The notes: generated by a model from the sequence alone, not told the origin. Shown: positions 12,016 through 22,986, counted from the first letter of the stretch. The stretch is DNA of 64,000 nucleotides from Nitrospirota bacterium (GCA_963796285.1 CAWCKW010000012.1:1344001-1408000); one strand, 5' to 3'. Translations and numbers: made by a program.

Positions 12016-12119
12016 AATATATGTTTGTTACCCCTGATTATTGAGAATGTTCATGAAAGGATTACTCTGTTGAATTGCAATGCAAATCAGCACTCCGCAC
12101 TCTAAAATCCTCAACCGGC

Positions 12120-12386
12120 TTATCCTTGCGCCGCACTCTGCTCCGCTTCTCTTTTCATCTCCATGTTTTCAGCAAGTTCAACAGGCTTATCGGGGATGAT
12201 GGTGGAGATCGCGTGTTTGTAAACAAGTTGCTGGTTCTCCTGCTTCATCAGGATGACGAAATTGTCAAACCCCTTGATCGTTCCGGTGAGCCGGGCGCCG
12301 TTTACAAGGTACATGGTCACCGGGATCTTTTCCTTGCGCATCTGATTCAAGAAGATGTCCTGAAGATTTACTTGCGACTTACCCAT
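12120..12386 (-). CDS. hfq: RNA chaperone Hfq
   Basis: [12 protein letters not shown]...YLVNG...GFDNF...LVYKHAIST; follows miaA. Confidence 0.96.
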   Translation of the reverse strand: MGKSQVNLQDIFLNQMRKEKIPVTMYLVNGARLTGTIKGFDNFVILMKQENQQLVYKHAISTIIPDKPVELAENMEMKREAEQSAAQG

Positions 12387-12456
12387 CCATCCCTCCGTGC
12401 AAACGGCAAAAAGTGAATCGATTAGACATGTGCTGTTGCCCAATAATTTTTCAATC

Positions 12457-13404
12457 TTATACCAACTTATTTGAAATTTCAATGTTTTTCTTTATCCGCG
12501 CAACTATTTCACCGGTCTGATCAAGCCCGGAAATGTCCACCCATAGTGCATCGGGCTCCCTCCGGAACCAGGTGAACTGACGCTTGGCGAAACGCCTCGT
12601 ATCGCGCTTAAGAAGCGCCACAGCCTCGTCCCGCGACGTCTTGCCGAGGAAACAATCCAGAAAATGCTTGTACCCCAGTCCCTGCATGGAGGAAAGGTCA
12701 GGACGGTACCCCCGCTCAATCAGCGTCCTCACCTCCGCCTCAAGCCCCGCTGCGATCATCTGGTCCACGCGCTGTTCGATGCGGGGATACAGTTCGCTCC
12801 GGCTCCTGACGAGAAACAGCAGACGGAACCGGTACGGCCTGTCCTGGAACGAGTGCTCCTGCTGGAAAGCCGAGAGTTTTTTGTCTCGCAAATAATACAC
12901 CTCCAGCGCCCTTATCGTGCGCCGAAGATCATTCGGGTGGATTTTGACCGCTGCCTCGGGATCGACCTTTACCAGGTCGGAATAAAGCGAGCCGGCCTCT
13001 CCCTCGGCCTCACGCAGCAGCAGCCGCTCGCGCAGTTCAAGGTCCGCAGGCGGCCCATGGAACAGACCTCTTGTGAGAGCGCGGATATACAGCCCTGTGC
13101 CGCCAACCACGATGGGCGTCCCGCCCGAAGCAATTATCCCGTCGATGACTGCGCGCGCATCGCGGAGGTAATCACCCACGCTGTAAGGTTGATCTGGTTC
13201 CGCGATATCGATCATGTGGTGGTAAACGAGCTTGCGCTGTTCCTGGCTGGGTTTGGCCGTACCAATGTCCATGCCGCGGTAGATCTGCATGGAATCGGCG
13301 CTTACAATCTCTGCGCCCTGCTCCTGGGCCAGAAGGAGTGAGGCATCGGTCTTTCCGACGGCTGTAGGCCCGGCGATGATAAGGATGGGTTTTTCGTTCG
13401 ACAT
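12457..13404 (-). CDS. miaA: tRNA dimethylallyltransferase
   Basis: [40 protein letters not shown]. Confidence 0.97.
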   Translation of the reverse strand: MSNEKPILIIAGPTAVGKTDASLLLAQEQGAEIVSADSMQIYRGMDIGTAKPSQEQRKLVYHHMIDIAEPDQPYSVGDYLRDARAVIDGIIASGGTPIVVGGTGLYIRALTRGLFHGPPADLELRERLLLREAEGEAGSLYSDLVKVDPEAAVKIHPNDLRRTIRALEVYYLRDKKLSAFQQEHSFQDRPYRFRLLFLVRSRSELYPRIEQRVDQMIAAGLEAEVRTLIERGYRPDLSSMQGLGYKHFLDCFLGKTSRDEAVALLKRDTRRFAKRQFTWFRREPDALWVDISGLDQTGEIVARIKKNIEISNKLV

Positions 13405-13407
13405 GTA

Positions 13408-13815
13408 TTAATGGGTAATGATCTCGATCGGGAACTCGTTCTTTCTCCAAGCCTTCATAGAGCCTTCCAGGGAATATACCTTCTCATAGCCGGATAGATA
13501 CAAAGAGAAGCCGGCGATACCCGACCGAGGCCCATGCTCGCAGTAGAGCACAACCGGGTCCTGTTTTGCCAGGCCGATAACTCTCAGACCGGAGCCGATC
13601 GAGTAAAATGGGATGTGTACCGCACCCGGCACATGGTCCCGGTCATATTCACCCTGGGATCGTACGTCGACGACCAGCGGCGGCTTATCCCCCTGCATCT
13701 CCTTGAGAAGATCATCACGCGTGATACCCGTAGCGCATCCGACAACAGGAACAACGATGAGGAGTGCAAGGCTAATGAGTATGATGGTATATCGATAATT
13801 AAGAAAATTCGACAT
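13408..13815 (-). CDS. Rhodanese-like (lipo)protein
   Basis: VDVRSQGEYDRDHVPGA, LYCEHGPRS, LEGSMKAW; N-terminal signal ending VVGC. Confidence 0.85.
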   Translation of the reverse strand: MSNFLNYRYTIILISLALLIVVPVVGCATGITRDDLLKEMQGDKPPLVVDVRSQGEYDRDHVPGAVHIPFYSIGSGLRVIGLAKQDPVVLYCEHGPRSGIAGFSLYLSGYEKVYSLEGSMKAWRKNEFPIEIITH

Positions 13816-13860
13816 CTGTAATGTACCTCAATGATCCCTGGACATCTTCTCCACCGGAGT

Positions 13861-15639
13861 CTACATCCTCTTGAACATCCGCATTATTTCGACTATGGAA
13901 AATCGAACAACCGTCGGCCTGCCGTGCGGACAGGTATGCGGCATGCGGCATTTGAATAGATCGGCAAGCAGCTGTTCCATCTCCTGCCGTTCAAGATGGC
14001 GATGCACCTTGATCGCGGGATGGCAGGCCATCACGCTCAGCATCTCATCCCGGACTTTCTCCATTTTCCCGCTTTTACCGTGGACATTCACTTCGTCGAG
14101 GATATCAAGCAGCAATTGCCTGTAGTCAGCACCCATCAGCAGTACCGGTACGGCTTTGATCACGAACGTATTGTTCCCGAAATCTTCAATCAGGAATCCG
14201 AGTTTGGAAAGCTCCGGCAGATATGCAGCAAGCACCACACTCTGCGCAGGCCCGAGTTCAACCTGGTCCGGCACCAGGAGGTCCTGAACAGGAACTCGCC
14301 CGGTCCCGAACTGGTCCTGCAGCTTTTCGAACAGAACCCGCTCGTGAGCCGCATGCTGGTCGACGATCGCCATCCCGTCCTGCGACTGCGCGATGATGAA
14401 GGAGTCGTGGATCTGAGCAAGGGGGTGAAGCATTTCGGAATGCGGAATGCGGATTGCGGATTGATAGAGTGAGCCGTTTTGAGAACCAATCTCTGCACCA
14501 TTGCTCTCCTCCGCCCATTCCTGCAAAGAGAGAGGATTCCTCATCCCCCCTTTCCATTGCGGGGAGATGGGATATTCCGCATTCCGCATTCCGAAATCCG
14601 CAATTGCTTCTCTCACCCCATCAGCACGCGTCGCCGCCGAAGAAACATTCATCCCCCGCAATCCTTCCCTAATCACGTCCCGGACCAGGTCATGCAACTG
14701 AGACTGGTTGCGGAAGCGGACCTCGGCCTTGGCAGGATGAACATTTACGTCCACGAGCGCTGGATCGATCTCAATAAATATGAACGCAACAGGATGCCGA
14801 TCGCGCATAAGCATATCGCCATAAGCGCTGTAAAGCGCGTGAGTGAGTGACGGGTTCTTGACCGCGCGACGGTTCACGAAGAAGTCCTGGTATGTTTTGT
14901 CCGCGCGTGTAGAACCAGGGCGGCCGATGAGACCATGGACATGGACGCTGTCCCTGCCGCCGGAGAACTCGATCAGGTTTTCCGCTATTGCTCCTCCGGA
15001 AAGCTGGAACACCCGCTCCTTGATGCTCAATGAGGGAGGAAGATCGAGGACACTCTTTTTGTTATGGGTCAGTCGGAAATGAATGGCAGGATGCGCCATG
15101 ACCTGGCGCGATACCGCTGTCAGGATATGCGAAAACTCGGTCGCCGGGCTCTTCAGGAATTTGCGACGGGCCGGGGTATTGTAAAAAAGATGTCCGATCT
15201 CCAGGGTGGTACCCTGCGGGGCTGCGGCGTCGGATATGGACTTGACAATTCCGCCCTCAATCTCTATAAGTGCGCCTGACGTCGCGCCCTTCATCGCGCT
15301 CAATAGCCGTACGTGGGACACGGAAGCGATGCTGGAGAGTGCCTCTCCCCGGAAGCCCATGGTACGAATGGATTCCAGGTCCGCGTCGTCTGCAATCTTG
15401 CTCGTGGCGTGGCGCATGAACGCTGTCCGGGCGTCCTCTTTCGACATGCCGCTGCCGTTGTCTGTAATACGAATGAGCCGCCTGCCGGCCTCCTCGATAT
15501 CGATGAATATTTCGGTCGCACCAGCGTCGATCGAGTTCTCGATCAGTTCCTTGACCACGGAGGCGGGCCGCTCCACCACCTCTCCCGCGGCGATCTTGTT
15601 GATGACGTGGTCGGGTAGGATTTTTATAATAGAGGACAT
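13861..15639 (-). CDS. mutL: DNA mismatch repair protein MutL
   Basis: IAAGEVVERP, GFRGEAL, DVNVHPAK, DQHAAHER, CPHGRP endonuclease motifs. Confidence 0.97.
   Translation of the reverse strand: MSSIIKILPDHVINKIAAGEVVERPASVVKELIENSIDAGATEIFIDIEEAGRRLIRITDNGSGMSKEDARTAFMRHATSKIADDADLESIRTMGFRGEALSSIASVSHVRLLSAMKGATSGALIEIEGGIVKSISDAAAPQGTTLEIGHLFYNTPARRKFLKSPATEFSHILTAVSRQVMAHPAIHFRLTHNKKSVLDLPPSLSIKERVFQLSGGAIAENLIEFSGGRDSVHVHGLIGRPGSTRADKTYQDFFVNRRAVKNPSLTHALYSAYGDMLMRDRHPVAFIFIEIDPALVDVNVHPAKAEVRFRNQSQLHDLVRDVIREGLRGMNVSSAATRADGVREAIADFGMRNAEYPISPQWKGGMRNPLSLQEWAEESNGAEIGSQNGSLYQSAIRIPHSEMLHPLAQIHDSFIIAQSQDGMAIVDQHAAHERVLFEKLQDQFGTGRVPVQDLLVPDQVELGPAQSVVLAAYLPELSKLGFLIEDFGNNTFVIKAVPVLLMGADYRQLLLDILDEVNVHGKSGKMEKVRDEMLSVMACHPAIKVHRHLERQEMEQLLADLFKCRMPHTCPHGRPTVVRFSIVEIMRMFKRM
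14432..14604. repeat. ATTCCGC-heptamer inverted-repeat element inside mutL
   Basis: 22 bp perfect inverted arms at 14432-14453 and 14576-14597; same family as 30006-30089 and 30359-30448. Confidence 0.85.
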
Positions 15640-15643
15640 AGGA

Positions 15644-15716
15644 ATTCAGTAGTCAGGAGTCAGGAGCCAGGAGAAATCAGCTCTTTGCTGACTTCAGTAT
15701 TCTGACTTCTGTCTAC
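15644..15716. repeat. Heptamer-arm hairpin (AGTCAGG family)
   Basis: AGTAGTCAGGAGTCAGGAGCCAGGAG ... CTGACTTCAGTATTCTGACTTCTG. Confidence 0.75.
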
Positions 15717-15722
15717 CGCTTC

Positions 15723-17054
15723 TCAATACTTCAGCTTTGCCTTTTCCTGGTTCGCGACCACCACGATCGCCATCTTGTCCGGATGAAGATATTTCCGTGC
15801 CACCCGCTGGATGTCCTCGCGGGTGACGGCATTGATCAGCCGGGGATACGTTTGCGGATAATCAAGTCCAAGGCCATAGATCTCGACAGAAGCGAGCATG
15901 CCCGCGATCTTGGCATAGGTGTCCATCTTGAGGGGAAAACTTCCGGTAAGATATGCCTTGGCATCGGCGAGTTCGCTCTGGGAAACAAGCTCCTTCTGCA
16001 TCCTGCCGATCTCCTTGAGCGTTTCTTCGATCACTTCGTTCGCCGACTCGTTCTTTGTCTGGATGGACACGGAGAATGCCCCCGGTTCCTTGCGGGCTGA
16101 AAAACCGCTGTGGACATCGTAGGCAAGTCCCTTGTTGTCCCGGATGGTATCCATAAGACGCGAGGAGAAACCTCCACCGCCAAGGATATAGTTCATGATC
16201 AGGACGGCATAGTAATCAGGGTTTTCCCTGCTGATGCCGATGTGTCCCATCTCAATATTCGCCTGCGTAATGTTCTTTTCAATCTTCTGTACGATCGTCT
16301 TTTCCCTGACCGGCGGCTGCGCAGGCGACCGTACCGGTTGCTCCTTGTTCTTCCAGGACTTGAAATACTCGCTCAACAGCAGTTTGATCTCCTGCTCGCC
16401 CACGTCCCCGACCACGGCGATGATCGTATTGTTCGGACTGTACCGTGCTGCATGGAAATCGATGACCTCCCGGCGGACCAGTTTCGGAAGATAGGCTGCT
16501 ACCTCATCGTTGGTTTTGCCGTAGGGATGATCGCCGAAGACCAATTTTGCAAAGGCCTCTCCCGCGATACTGTCCGGTTCTTCCTTCTGTCGCTTGATCT
16601 CGGCCAGGGTCTCCTTGACCTTGCGGTCGATCTCCTTCTGATCGAAGACCGGGTTCAGAAGAACATCGGAGAGCAGATCAAGACCCGTGCGCAGGTCCTT
16701 TTTAAGCACCCGGAGGCCTGCTGTCGCGAAGTCATCTCCGCCCGAGACCGAAAGAGAGCCTCCCACGAAATCGATCTCACGGCTAATCTGGTTCGCCGTA
16801 CGCTTTGCCGTCCCCTGCATAAGGAGCGACGCAGTGATCGATGCCAGTCCCGGCTTGTCAGCCGGCTCGACCATGCTCCCCGCCTTGATCGCCATGTTCA
16901 TCGTGACCATGGGAATGTCATGCTTTTCGGACAAGAGGAGGATCATTCCATTGTCAAGCACGATACGCTTGCCGATCGGCTCGGCGGCTGAAACAACATG
17001 AATCTGGAAAAACAGTATGAATACCGCTATGACAGTACGTACTATGGATTTCAT
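15723..17054 (-). CDS. M16 peptidase-like subunit lacking the HxxEH motif
   Basis: Signal peptide; LDNGM; KPGLASITASLLMQGT; LGGGGFSSRL; paired with the upstream active M16. Confidence 0.88.
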   Translation of the reverse strand: MKSIVRTVIAVFILFFQIHVVSAAEPIGKRIVLDNGMILLLSEKHDIPMVTMNMAIKAGSMVEPADKPGLASITASLLMQGTAKRTANQISREIDFVGGSLSVSGGDDFATAGLRVLKKDLRTGLDLLSDVLLNPVFDQKEIDRKVKETLAEIKRQKEEPDSIAGEAFAKLVFGDHPYGKTNDEVAAYLPKLVRREVIDFHAARYSPNNTIIAVVGDVGEQEIKLLLSEYFKSWKNKEQPVRSPAQPPVREKTIVQKIEKNITQANIEMGHIGISRENPDYYAVLIMNYILGGGGFSSRLMDTIRDNKGLAYDVHSGFSARKEPGAFSVSIQTKNESANEVIEETLKEIGRMQKELVSQSELADAKAYLTGSFPLKMDTYAKIAGMLASVEIYGLGLDYPQTYPRLINAVTREDIQRVARKYLHPDKMAIVVVANQEKAKLKY

Positions 17055-17072
17055 TTTAATCGCCTCTCGATT

Positions 17073-17158
17073 TCCCCTCACCCCGGCCCTCTCCCCAAAG
17101 GGCGAGGGGGTTTTCTTTCTTCCTCTCCCCATGGGGGAGAGGATTGAGGTGAGGGGGA
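17073..17158. repeat. REP-like palindrome CCCTCACCCCGGCCCTCTCCC...GGGAGAGG...GGTGAGGG
   Basis: Nested inverted repeats between two M16 genes. Confidence 0.75.
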
Positions 17159-17168
17159 TTTCCAATTT

Positions 17169-18500
17169 TCAATTCTTCACCGGCACCAAAATCCCCACCG
17201 TCCTGTTGTCCTCGTTGAAATACTCTTTTGCCACCCGCATCACATCTTCCCTTGTCACAGCGCGGATGCTGGGCACGTACTTCTCGAGCAATTTCCAGTC
17301 TGCCACGGTCTCGAACTGGCCGAGCAGCATGGCCTGGTAGAAAATGGAGTCCTGCCCCATGATGAAGCTCGCTTCGATCTGGTTCTTGGCCCTCTGAAGC
17401 TCTTCATCCGAGACCGGTTCGCTTTTAAGTTTATCGATCTCGACGTAAAGGGCCCGCTCAACTTCATCGGCTGTCTTACCGGGCATCACTCCGGCATAGA
17501 TATAGAAAAGGTTCGGGTCCGTCGAAATGTTGTCGTAATCACCCCCGGCATAGAGCGCCAGCTGCTTTTCATACACCAGGGATTTGTACAGCCGGGAGCT
17601 TTTACCCGATGAGAGTATCCCCTGCAGGACCTCGAGTGCATACGAGTCAGGATGCTTCAGGGTCGGCACATTATACCCGGCAAAGACCGCGGGCAGCTCG
17701 GCCTGTTTCTTAACGATAACTCTCCGTTCGCCGAGATGCTTCGGCTCAACGGCTGTTACCGTGGGTACTGGCGGCCCCTTGGGTATGGCGCCGAAGTATT
17801 TCTCGATCCTTGGAAGCAACATCTTTGTATCAAAATCGCCGACCACGACGATCGTTGCGTTGTTCGGAGCATAGTAGGTGCGGTAGTGGTCATACAGTTC
17901 ATCACGCGTTATGCTGTTGATGTCCGCCATCCAGCCGATCACCGGCCACTGGTACGGGTGGGCGCTGAACGCCACCGACGTCATCTGTTCCACCATCGTG
18001 TTGACCGGGTCGTCCTCATACCGCATGCGGCGCTCTTCCTTTACCACCTCGCGCTCTGACAGGAACTCCTTGGGTTCTAGCAGCAGGTTCTGCATACGGT
18101 CTGATTCGAGGTCGAGGGAGATCCCTATGCGGTCCGCGGCAAAAGTCTCAAAATAGGCGGTATAATCCTTGGACGTAAAAGCGTTGTCGTTCCCGCCATT
18201 CCGCTGCACGGTTTGTGAAAAGGTCTTCGGTCCGTGCTTCTTCGTTCCTTTGAACATCATATGCTCAAGCAGATGCGACATCCCGGTAGTGCCGAGCCGT
18301 TCATTCCGGGATCCGACCCGGTACCAGACCTGGAACGTGACCACCGGCGCCTTGTGTTCTTCTTTCAGAAGCACCCTGAGCCCGTTCGGCAGGACCTTCT
18401 CGGTGACATTCATGGTCTGGCCAAAGGCGGGAGATATCAACAATAAGCCCATCAGAATTGCCAGCACGGATACCCTGTTCTTCTGCAGATGATATTTCAT
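17169..18500 (-). CDS. M16 family zinc peptidase (active subunit)
   Basis: Signal peptide; LPNGL; SHLLEHMMFKGT; NAFTS. Confidence 0.92.
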   Translation of the reverse strand: MKYHLQKNRVSVLAILMGLLLISPAFGQTMNVTEKVLPNGLRVLLKEEHKAPVVTFQVWYRVGSRNERLGTTGMSHLLEHMMFKGTKKHGPKTFSQTVQRNGGNDNAFTSKDYTAYFETFAADRIGISLDLESDRMQNLLLEPKEFLSEREVVKEERRMRYEDDPVNTMVEQMTSVAFSAHPYQWPVIGWMADINSITRDELYDHYRTYYAPNNATIVVVGDFDTKMLLPRIEKYFGAIPKGPPVPTVTAVEPKHLGERRVIVKKQAELPAVFAGYNVPTLKHPDSYALEVLQGILSSGKSSRLYKSLVYEKQLALYAGGDYDNISTDPNLFYIYAGVMPGKTADEVERALYVEIDKLKSEPVSDEELQRAKNQIEASFIMGQDSIFYQAMLLGQFETVADWKLLEKYVPSIRAVTREDVMRVAKEYFNEDNRTVGILVPVKN

Positions 18501-18537
18501 TTAAACACACCTCTCAATCGAATGTTGAACTTGTCTA

Positions 18538-18990
18538 TCATGTTCCCGTGTGCCCGAACCCGCCGGCACCGCGCTCGGTCCCGGCGAGGGTGTCCACCGT
18601 GACGAACTTTGCTTTCTCGATCCTGGCAAAAACCAGCTGCGCTATCCGGTCGCCGCGCTTGATCGTAAACGGTTTTTCGCTGAAATTGAACAGGATGATC
18701 CCGATCTCGCCGCGATAGTCGGCATCGATCGTTCCCGGCGCATTCAGCATGCCAATGCCGTGTTTGAGTGCGAGCCCGCTCCGTGGCCGCACCTGCCCCT
18801 CATGTCCCTCGGGGATGGCGACGGCGATCCCCGTGGGGATGAGCTTCCACTTCCCGGCATCGAGAACAACCTCGCCGTCCACTGCGGCATAGAGATCGAC
18901 GCCCGCGGAGTGTTCGGTCTGATAATGAGGGACGGGAAGACCTTCGGAGTTTTTGAGCTGCGTAAGGTGAATAATAAGATGATCGGGCAT
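18538..18990 (-). CDS. dut: dUTP diphosphatase
   Basis: SAGVDL, RPRSGLA, PGTIDADYRGE, RGAGGFGHTG. Confidence 0.97.
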   Translation of the reverse strand: MPDHLIIHLTQLKNSEGLPVPHYQTEHSAGVDLYAAVDGEVVLDAGKWKLIPTGIAVAIPEGHEGQVRPRSGLALKHGIGMLNAPGTIDADYRGEIGIILFNFSEKPFTIKRGDRIAQLVFARIEKAKFVTVDTLAGTERGAGGFGHTGT

Positions 18991-19006
18991 ATTCTCTATA
19001 ATTATA

Positions 19007-19068
19007 CAGGAGCCGGAATTCAGGAGCCGGAAGAAATCGCAACAACGATGCAGTTCTCCTGACTCCTG
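19007..19068. repeat. Heptamer-arm hairpin (CAGGAG family)
   Basis: CAGGAGCCGGAATTCAGGAGCCGGAA ... CTCCTGACTCCTG. Confidence 0.65.
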
Positions 19069-19071
19069 TGG

Positions 19072-20328
19072 TTACATCTCCAGCACCCCATCCGGCACGT
19101 CGGTTTTGTTCAGCGGACCGAGGATGGTGAGTGAAATGTTCTCCCGGGTAAAGAGCTGTTGGGCCAGATGCTGCACCTGCTCTGCGGTCACCTTCTCCAC
19201 TCCCTTGATGATGTCATCCATGGACAGGTACTTGCCGAAATAGATCTCCTGGCGCGCGAGCCGGCTCATGTGGCTGTTGCTGCTTTCGAGCGAAAGGACG
19301 AGGCTCCCCTTGATCTGGTTTCTCACCCTTGTTTCTTCGGCGTGCGTGATCCCCTCTTCTGCGATCTTCTTGAACTCTCGGGTCACGAGACGGACCACTT
19401 CGAGCGCGTTCGAGGGGTCCGCACCGGCGTAGACGGTAAGAAGTCCGGTATCGCGGTACGAGGTCACGTAGGAATAGATGGAGTACGCCAGGGCATTCTG
19501 TTCGCGGACCTCCTGAAACAGGCGCGAACTCATGCTGTTTCCGAGCACCGTATTGAGCGCCGAGAGGACAAACCGGTCTTCGTGCATATAGTGCATGCCC
19601 TTGCATCCGACACAGATCTGCACCTGTTCGAGCTGTTTTTTCTTTACGGCAACGGCCCGCGTAAAAGCGGGGGTGACCTCTTTTTTGGAGACGCCGCCCC
19701 GGGAGAGCTTCCCGAAGCTCGCGTTCAAAAGCTCGACCAGCCGGGCATGCTCGAAATTGCCTGCAACGGAAATGACGATCTCCTTCGGGCTGTAATAATC
19801 TTCGATATAAGAAACGATATCATTGTGCTTAAGCGCCTTGATGGTGTCCCTGGTCCCGAGGATAGGACGGCCCAGCGAGTTGCCGGCCCAGACCGTATTG
19901 GTAAAAAGCTCGTGGATGTAATCGTCGGGCGTGTCCTCCACGCCCTTGATCTCTTCGAGGATGACCTTACGCTCTTTTTCCATCTCAACGGGATCGAACT
20001 TGGAGCCGAGAAGGATATCCGACAGGATGTCGATTGCCACGGGCAGGTGCTCATCCACAACCTTGGCGTAATAGGTGGTTGTTTCCTGCGACGTGAAGGC
20101 GTTCATCTCTCCGCCGATGGAATCCATCTCGATCGCGATGTCCTTGGCGGTCCTCTTTTCCGTACCTTTAAAGAAGAGGTGTTCGATGAAATGCGAAACG
20201 CCGCCGATTTCCTCCGGCTCGTGGCGGGACCCCACCTTCACCCAAACGCCGATCGATACTGAGCGTGACTTGGGAAGGGTCTCGGACACGACCCGGATAC
20301 CGTTGGAAAGGGTGTCTTTTCTGTACAT
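19072..20328 (-). CDS. Cytoplasmic M16 family peptidase (YmxG-like)
   Basis: LSNGIRV, SHFIEHLFFKGT, MSSRLFQEVRE; next to dut. Confidence 0.9.
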   Translation of the reverse strand: MYRKDTLSNGIRVVSETLPKSRSVSIGVWVKVGSRHEPEEIGGVSHFIEHLFFKGTEKRTAKDIAIEMDSIGGEMNAFTSQETTTYYAKVVDEHLPVAIDILSDILLGSKFDPVEMEKERKVILEEIKGVEDTPDDYIHELFTNTVWAGNSLGRPILGTRDTIKALKHNDIVSYIEDYYSPKEIVISVAGNFEHARLVELLNASFGKLSRGGVSKKEVTPAFTRAVAVKKKQLEQVQICVGCKGMHYMHEDRFVLSALNTVLGNSMSSRLFQEVREQNALAYSIYSYVTSYRDTGLLTVYAGADPSNALEVVRLVTREFKKIAEEGITHAEETRVRNQIKGSLVLSLESSNSHMSRLARQEIYFGKYLSMDDIIKGVEKVTAEQVQHLAQQLFTRENISLTILGPLNKTDVPDGVLEM

Positions 20329-20345
20329 GAACTCCTCTTTCCATT

Positions 20346-20408
20346 GCCACAAAGGCGCCGGGACATAAAACGTCTTTTCACGCCCGTGGTCTTCGTGCCT
20401 TCGCGGAG
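20346..20408. repeat. Degenerate periodic-arm hairpin (CACAAAGG/CACGAAG family)
   Basis: GCCACAAAGGCGCC ... GTCTTCGTGCCTTCGCGG. Confidence 0.5.
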
Positions 20409-20426
20409 AATTACATACTCGCTGAA

Positions 20427-22551
20427 TTATTTTTCTTTCTGGTTCTGATGCCCGTGTCCGTGCTGCGCTGCCCGTTCCTGCGTGATCTTCTGCGCCAGGT
20501 GGCTCGGGACGTCCTCGTAGCCGTAGAATTCCATGGTGTACATGCCCCTGCCGCTCGTAAGGGAGTTAAGCATGGGAACATAGGAGAGCATCTCGGACAT
20601 GGGCACGAGCGCCTTGATCGACTGGCCGCCGGACTGGGGAACGACGCCCTGCACCTTGCCGCGCCGCGAGTTCAGGTCGCCGATAACAGCGCCGAGCGAA
20701 TCGTCCGGCGCGACCACTTCCACGCTCATGATCGGTTCGAGCAGCACCGGCTTGGCAGCTTCCAGTGCTTTCTTGAACCCCATGGACGCCGCGACCTTGA
20801 ATGCCATTTCCGAAGAGTCAACCGTGTGATAGGACCCGTCGAACAACGTCACCCGGACATCCACCATGGGATAGCCGGCCAGACTTCCCTCGTGCATGGC
20901 TTCGATCACGCCTTTTTCCACAGCCGGGATGTACTGCCGCGGGACCACGCCGCCGACGATCTTGTCAACGAACTCGAATCCGGTGCCGCGCCGGAGTGGT
21001 TCGATCTCGATCCAGGCGTCCCCATACTGACCATGGCCGCCCGACTGCTTTTTATACTTGCCCTGCGCCTTGGCTTTTGCACGGATGGTCTCCTTGTAAG
21101 GGACCTTCGGCGTCTTCATCGTTACCTCTGCGCCGAACTTCCGCTTGAGCTTCTCGAGCGTCACTTCAAGGTGGACCTGCCCCATGCCGGAAAGCACCAT
21201 CTCCTTGGTCTGCTCGTCAAACGTGAACTTGAGCGTGGGGTCTTCCTCGAGCAGTTTGTGGATGCCCGTGCCCACCTTGTCCTCGTCCCCGCGGGTCTTC
21301 GGTACAATGGCATAGGACATGACCGGATCGGCAAACTTCGCAAAATTCATCACGATGGGATGGTTTTCGGAACACAATGTGTCGCCCGTGAGCGTCTCTT
21401 TCATCTTTGCGATGGCGCCGATCTGTCCGGCCGTAAGCGCATGCGTGGTTATCTGCTTTTTCCCCTGGAGATGGAACAGGGTCCCCACTTTTTCCTTAAT
21501 TTGTTTCGAGGCATTGTACACGCTCGAGTCCGCTTTAAGCGTACCCGAGAAGACCCGGACCAGGGAAAGCTTGCCGGCAAATGGATCATTGATGGTTTTG
21601 AACACCATGGCGGCAAGATGCTCGTCCGCGAACAGGTTTGCGGACCGTTTCATTGCCCGTCTTGGGATCGATCCCTTTGATCTGCACGACGCGGGCATGC
21701 TCCGCCGGCGACGGGAGGCACATGAGGACCATGTCAAGGAGCGGCTGGATCCCCATGTTCTTGACCGGAGAACCACAGAGCACCGGCAGCAGTCCGCCAC
21801 CTATCGTCCCATGTTTGAGCCCGGCGATGATGTCTTCCTGGGAAAGCTCGCCCTTGTCGAGATACTTCTCAAGAAGGCTGTCCTCGGTCTCGGCGATCTG
21901 TTCCACCAGTTTTTTCCGGTAGGCCACCGCCTCATCCTTCATGTTCGCGGGAACGTCTTTTTCCTCGAACTTGCCGCTTCCGTCCTGGGCGAACATCAGC
22001 GCCTTCATTTTGATCAGGTCGACGACTCCGGCGAAATTCGCCTCAAGACCGATCGGGAGCTGGAGCACGAGGGAGTTCTTGCAGAAATACTTTTCCATAT
22101 CGCCCACTGCGCGGAAGAAGTCCGCCCGCTCCTTGTCGAGCTTGCTGACGAACGCCACCCGCGGGATCTCGTATTCGCAGGCGAACTTGTAGATCTTTTC
22201 GGTTTCGGCCTTTACGCCGGAGATGGCGGATATAATGAGGACGGCGCCGTCGACGGCGCGAAGGGTCCCCCGCGCTTCTTCGAGAAAATTGATGTAGCCG
22301 GGGGTGTCGATGATATTGATGCGGACGCCCTTCCAGTCGGCGAACCCGAGAGCGGAGGTGATGGTTATCTTCCGGGCGATTTCCTCAGGCTCATGCATGA
22401 ACACGGAGTTTCCCGCGTCCACACTTCCCATGAGGTCAACCGCGCCGGCCGTGAACACCATGGCATCGGCAAGCGAGGTTTTGCCTGCGGCGCCGTGGGA
22501 CAGGATCGCGATATTGCGGACTTCCTTGACATCAGCATTCGGCATGGACAA
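20427..22551 (-). CDS. fusA: Elongation factor G paralog (EF-G2 type), frameshift near 21630
   Basis: SHGAAGKTS, IDTPG, EEDPT, GMGQVHL, YKKQSGGHGQYG, DGSYHTVDSSEMAF; lies outside the str operon. Confidence 0.9.
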
Positions 22552-22618
22552 GTCCCTCCGTGAAGATGAATTTGGTATAAAGGGGATACAATGCTCTGTC
22601 GTATTTATTGCAGCAGAA

Positions 22619-22885
22619 CTACCAGATATCGGACTTTATTTTCCCTGCCTGTTTGATCAGAACATCAACGACGGCCTCGTTGAACATGTTGGAGTCCTTG
22701 CGGATCTCTTCGTCCACCATGGTTTCGTAATATTTCTTCCCTTCCGCGAGTTCATCTGTCAGTATTTCAAAGAGGCTGTCCTTCTCAATTCCCTCTTTGA
22801 CCTTGGCCTGGTTATAGAGAAGGATGTCCGAGAGGATGGTCCGCGCAAGTCGTTTCGCTTCATCAGGTTTCTTGATCAATCTCAT
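22619..22885 (-). CDS. Conserved small hypothetical protein
   Basis: MRLIKKPDEAKRLARTILSDILLYN...GKIKSDIW; family familiar from delta-proteobacteria. Confidence 0.75.
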   Translation of the reverse strand: MRLIKKPDEAKRLARTILSDILLYNQAKVKEGIEKDSLFEILTDELAEGKKYYETMVDEEIRKDSNMFNEAVVDVLIKQAGKIKSDIW

Positions 22886-22986
22886 ACTGAACGCCTCATC
22901 ATACAATACTATTCAGACGACCAGATCCTCACAACTTACAATATCTGGCCGATCGGTCGTTATCCGGATCTGGTATTTTGGTTCTT

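Noticed and set aside
13408-13815. Rhodanese as sulfur donor for the MoeB relay
   Set aside because: It carries an export/lipoprotein signal and lies ~15 kb away, whereas TusA is adjacent and cytoplasmic.
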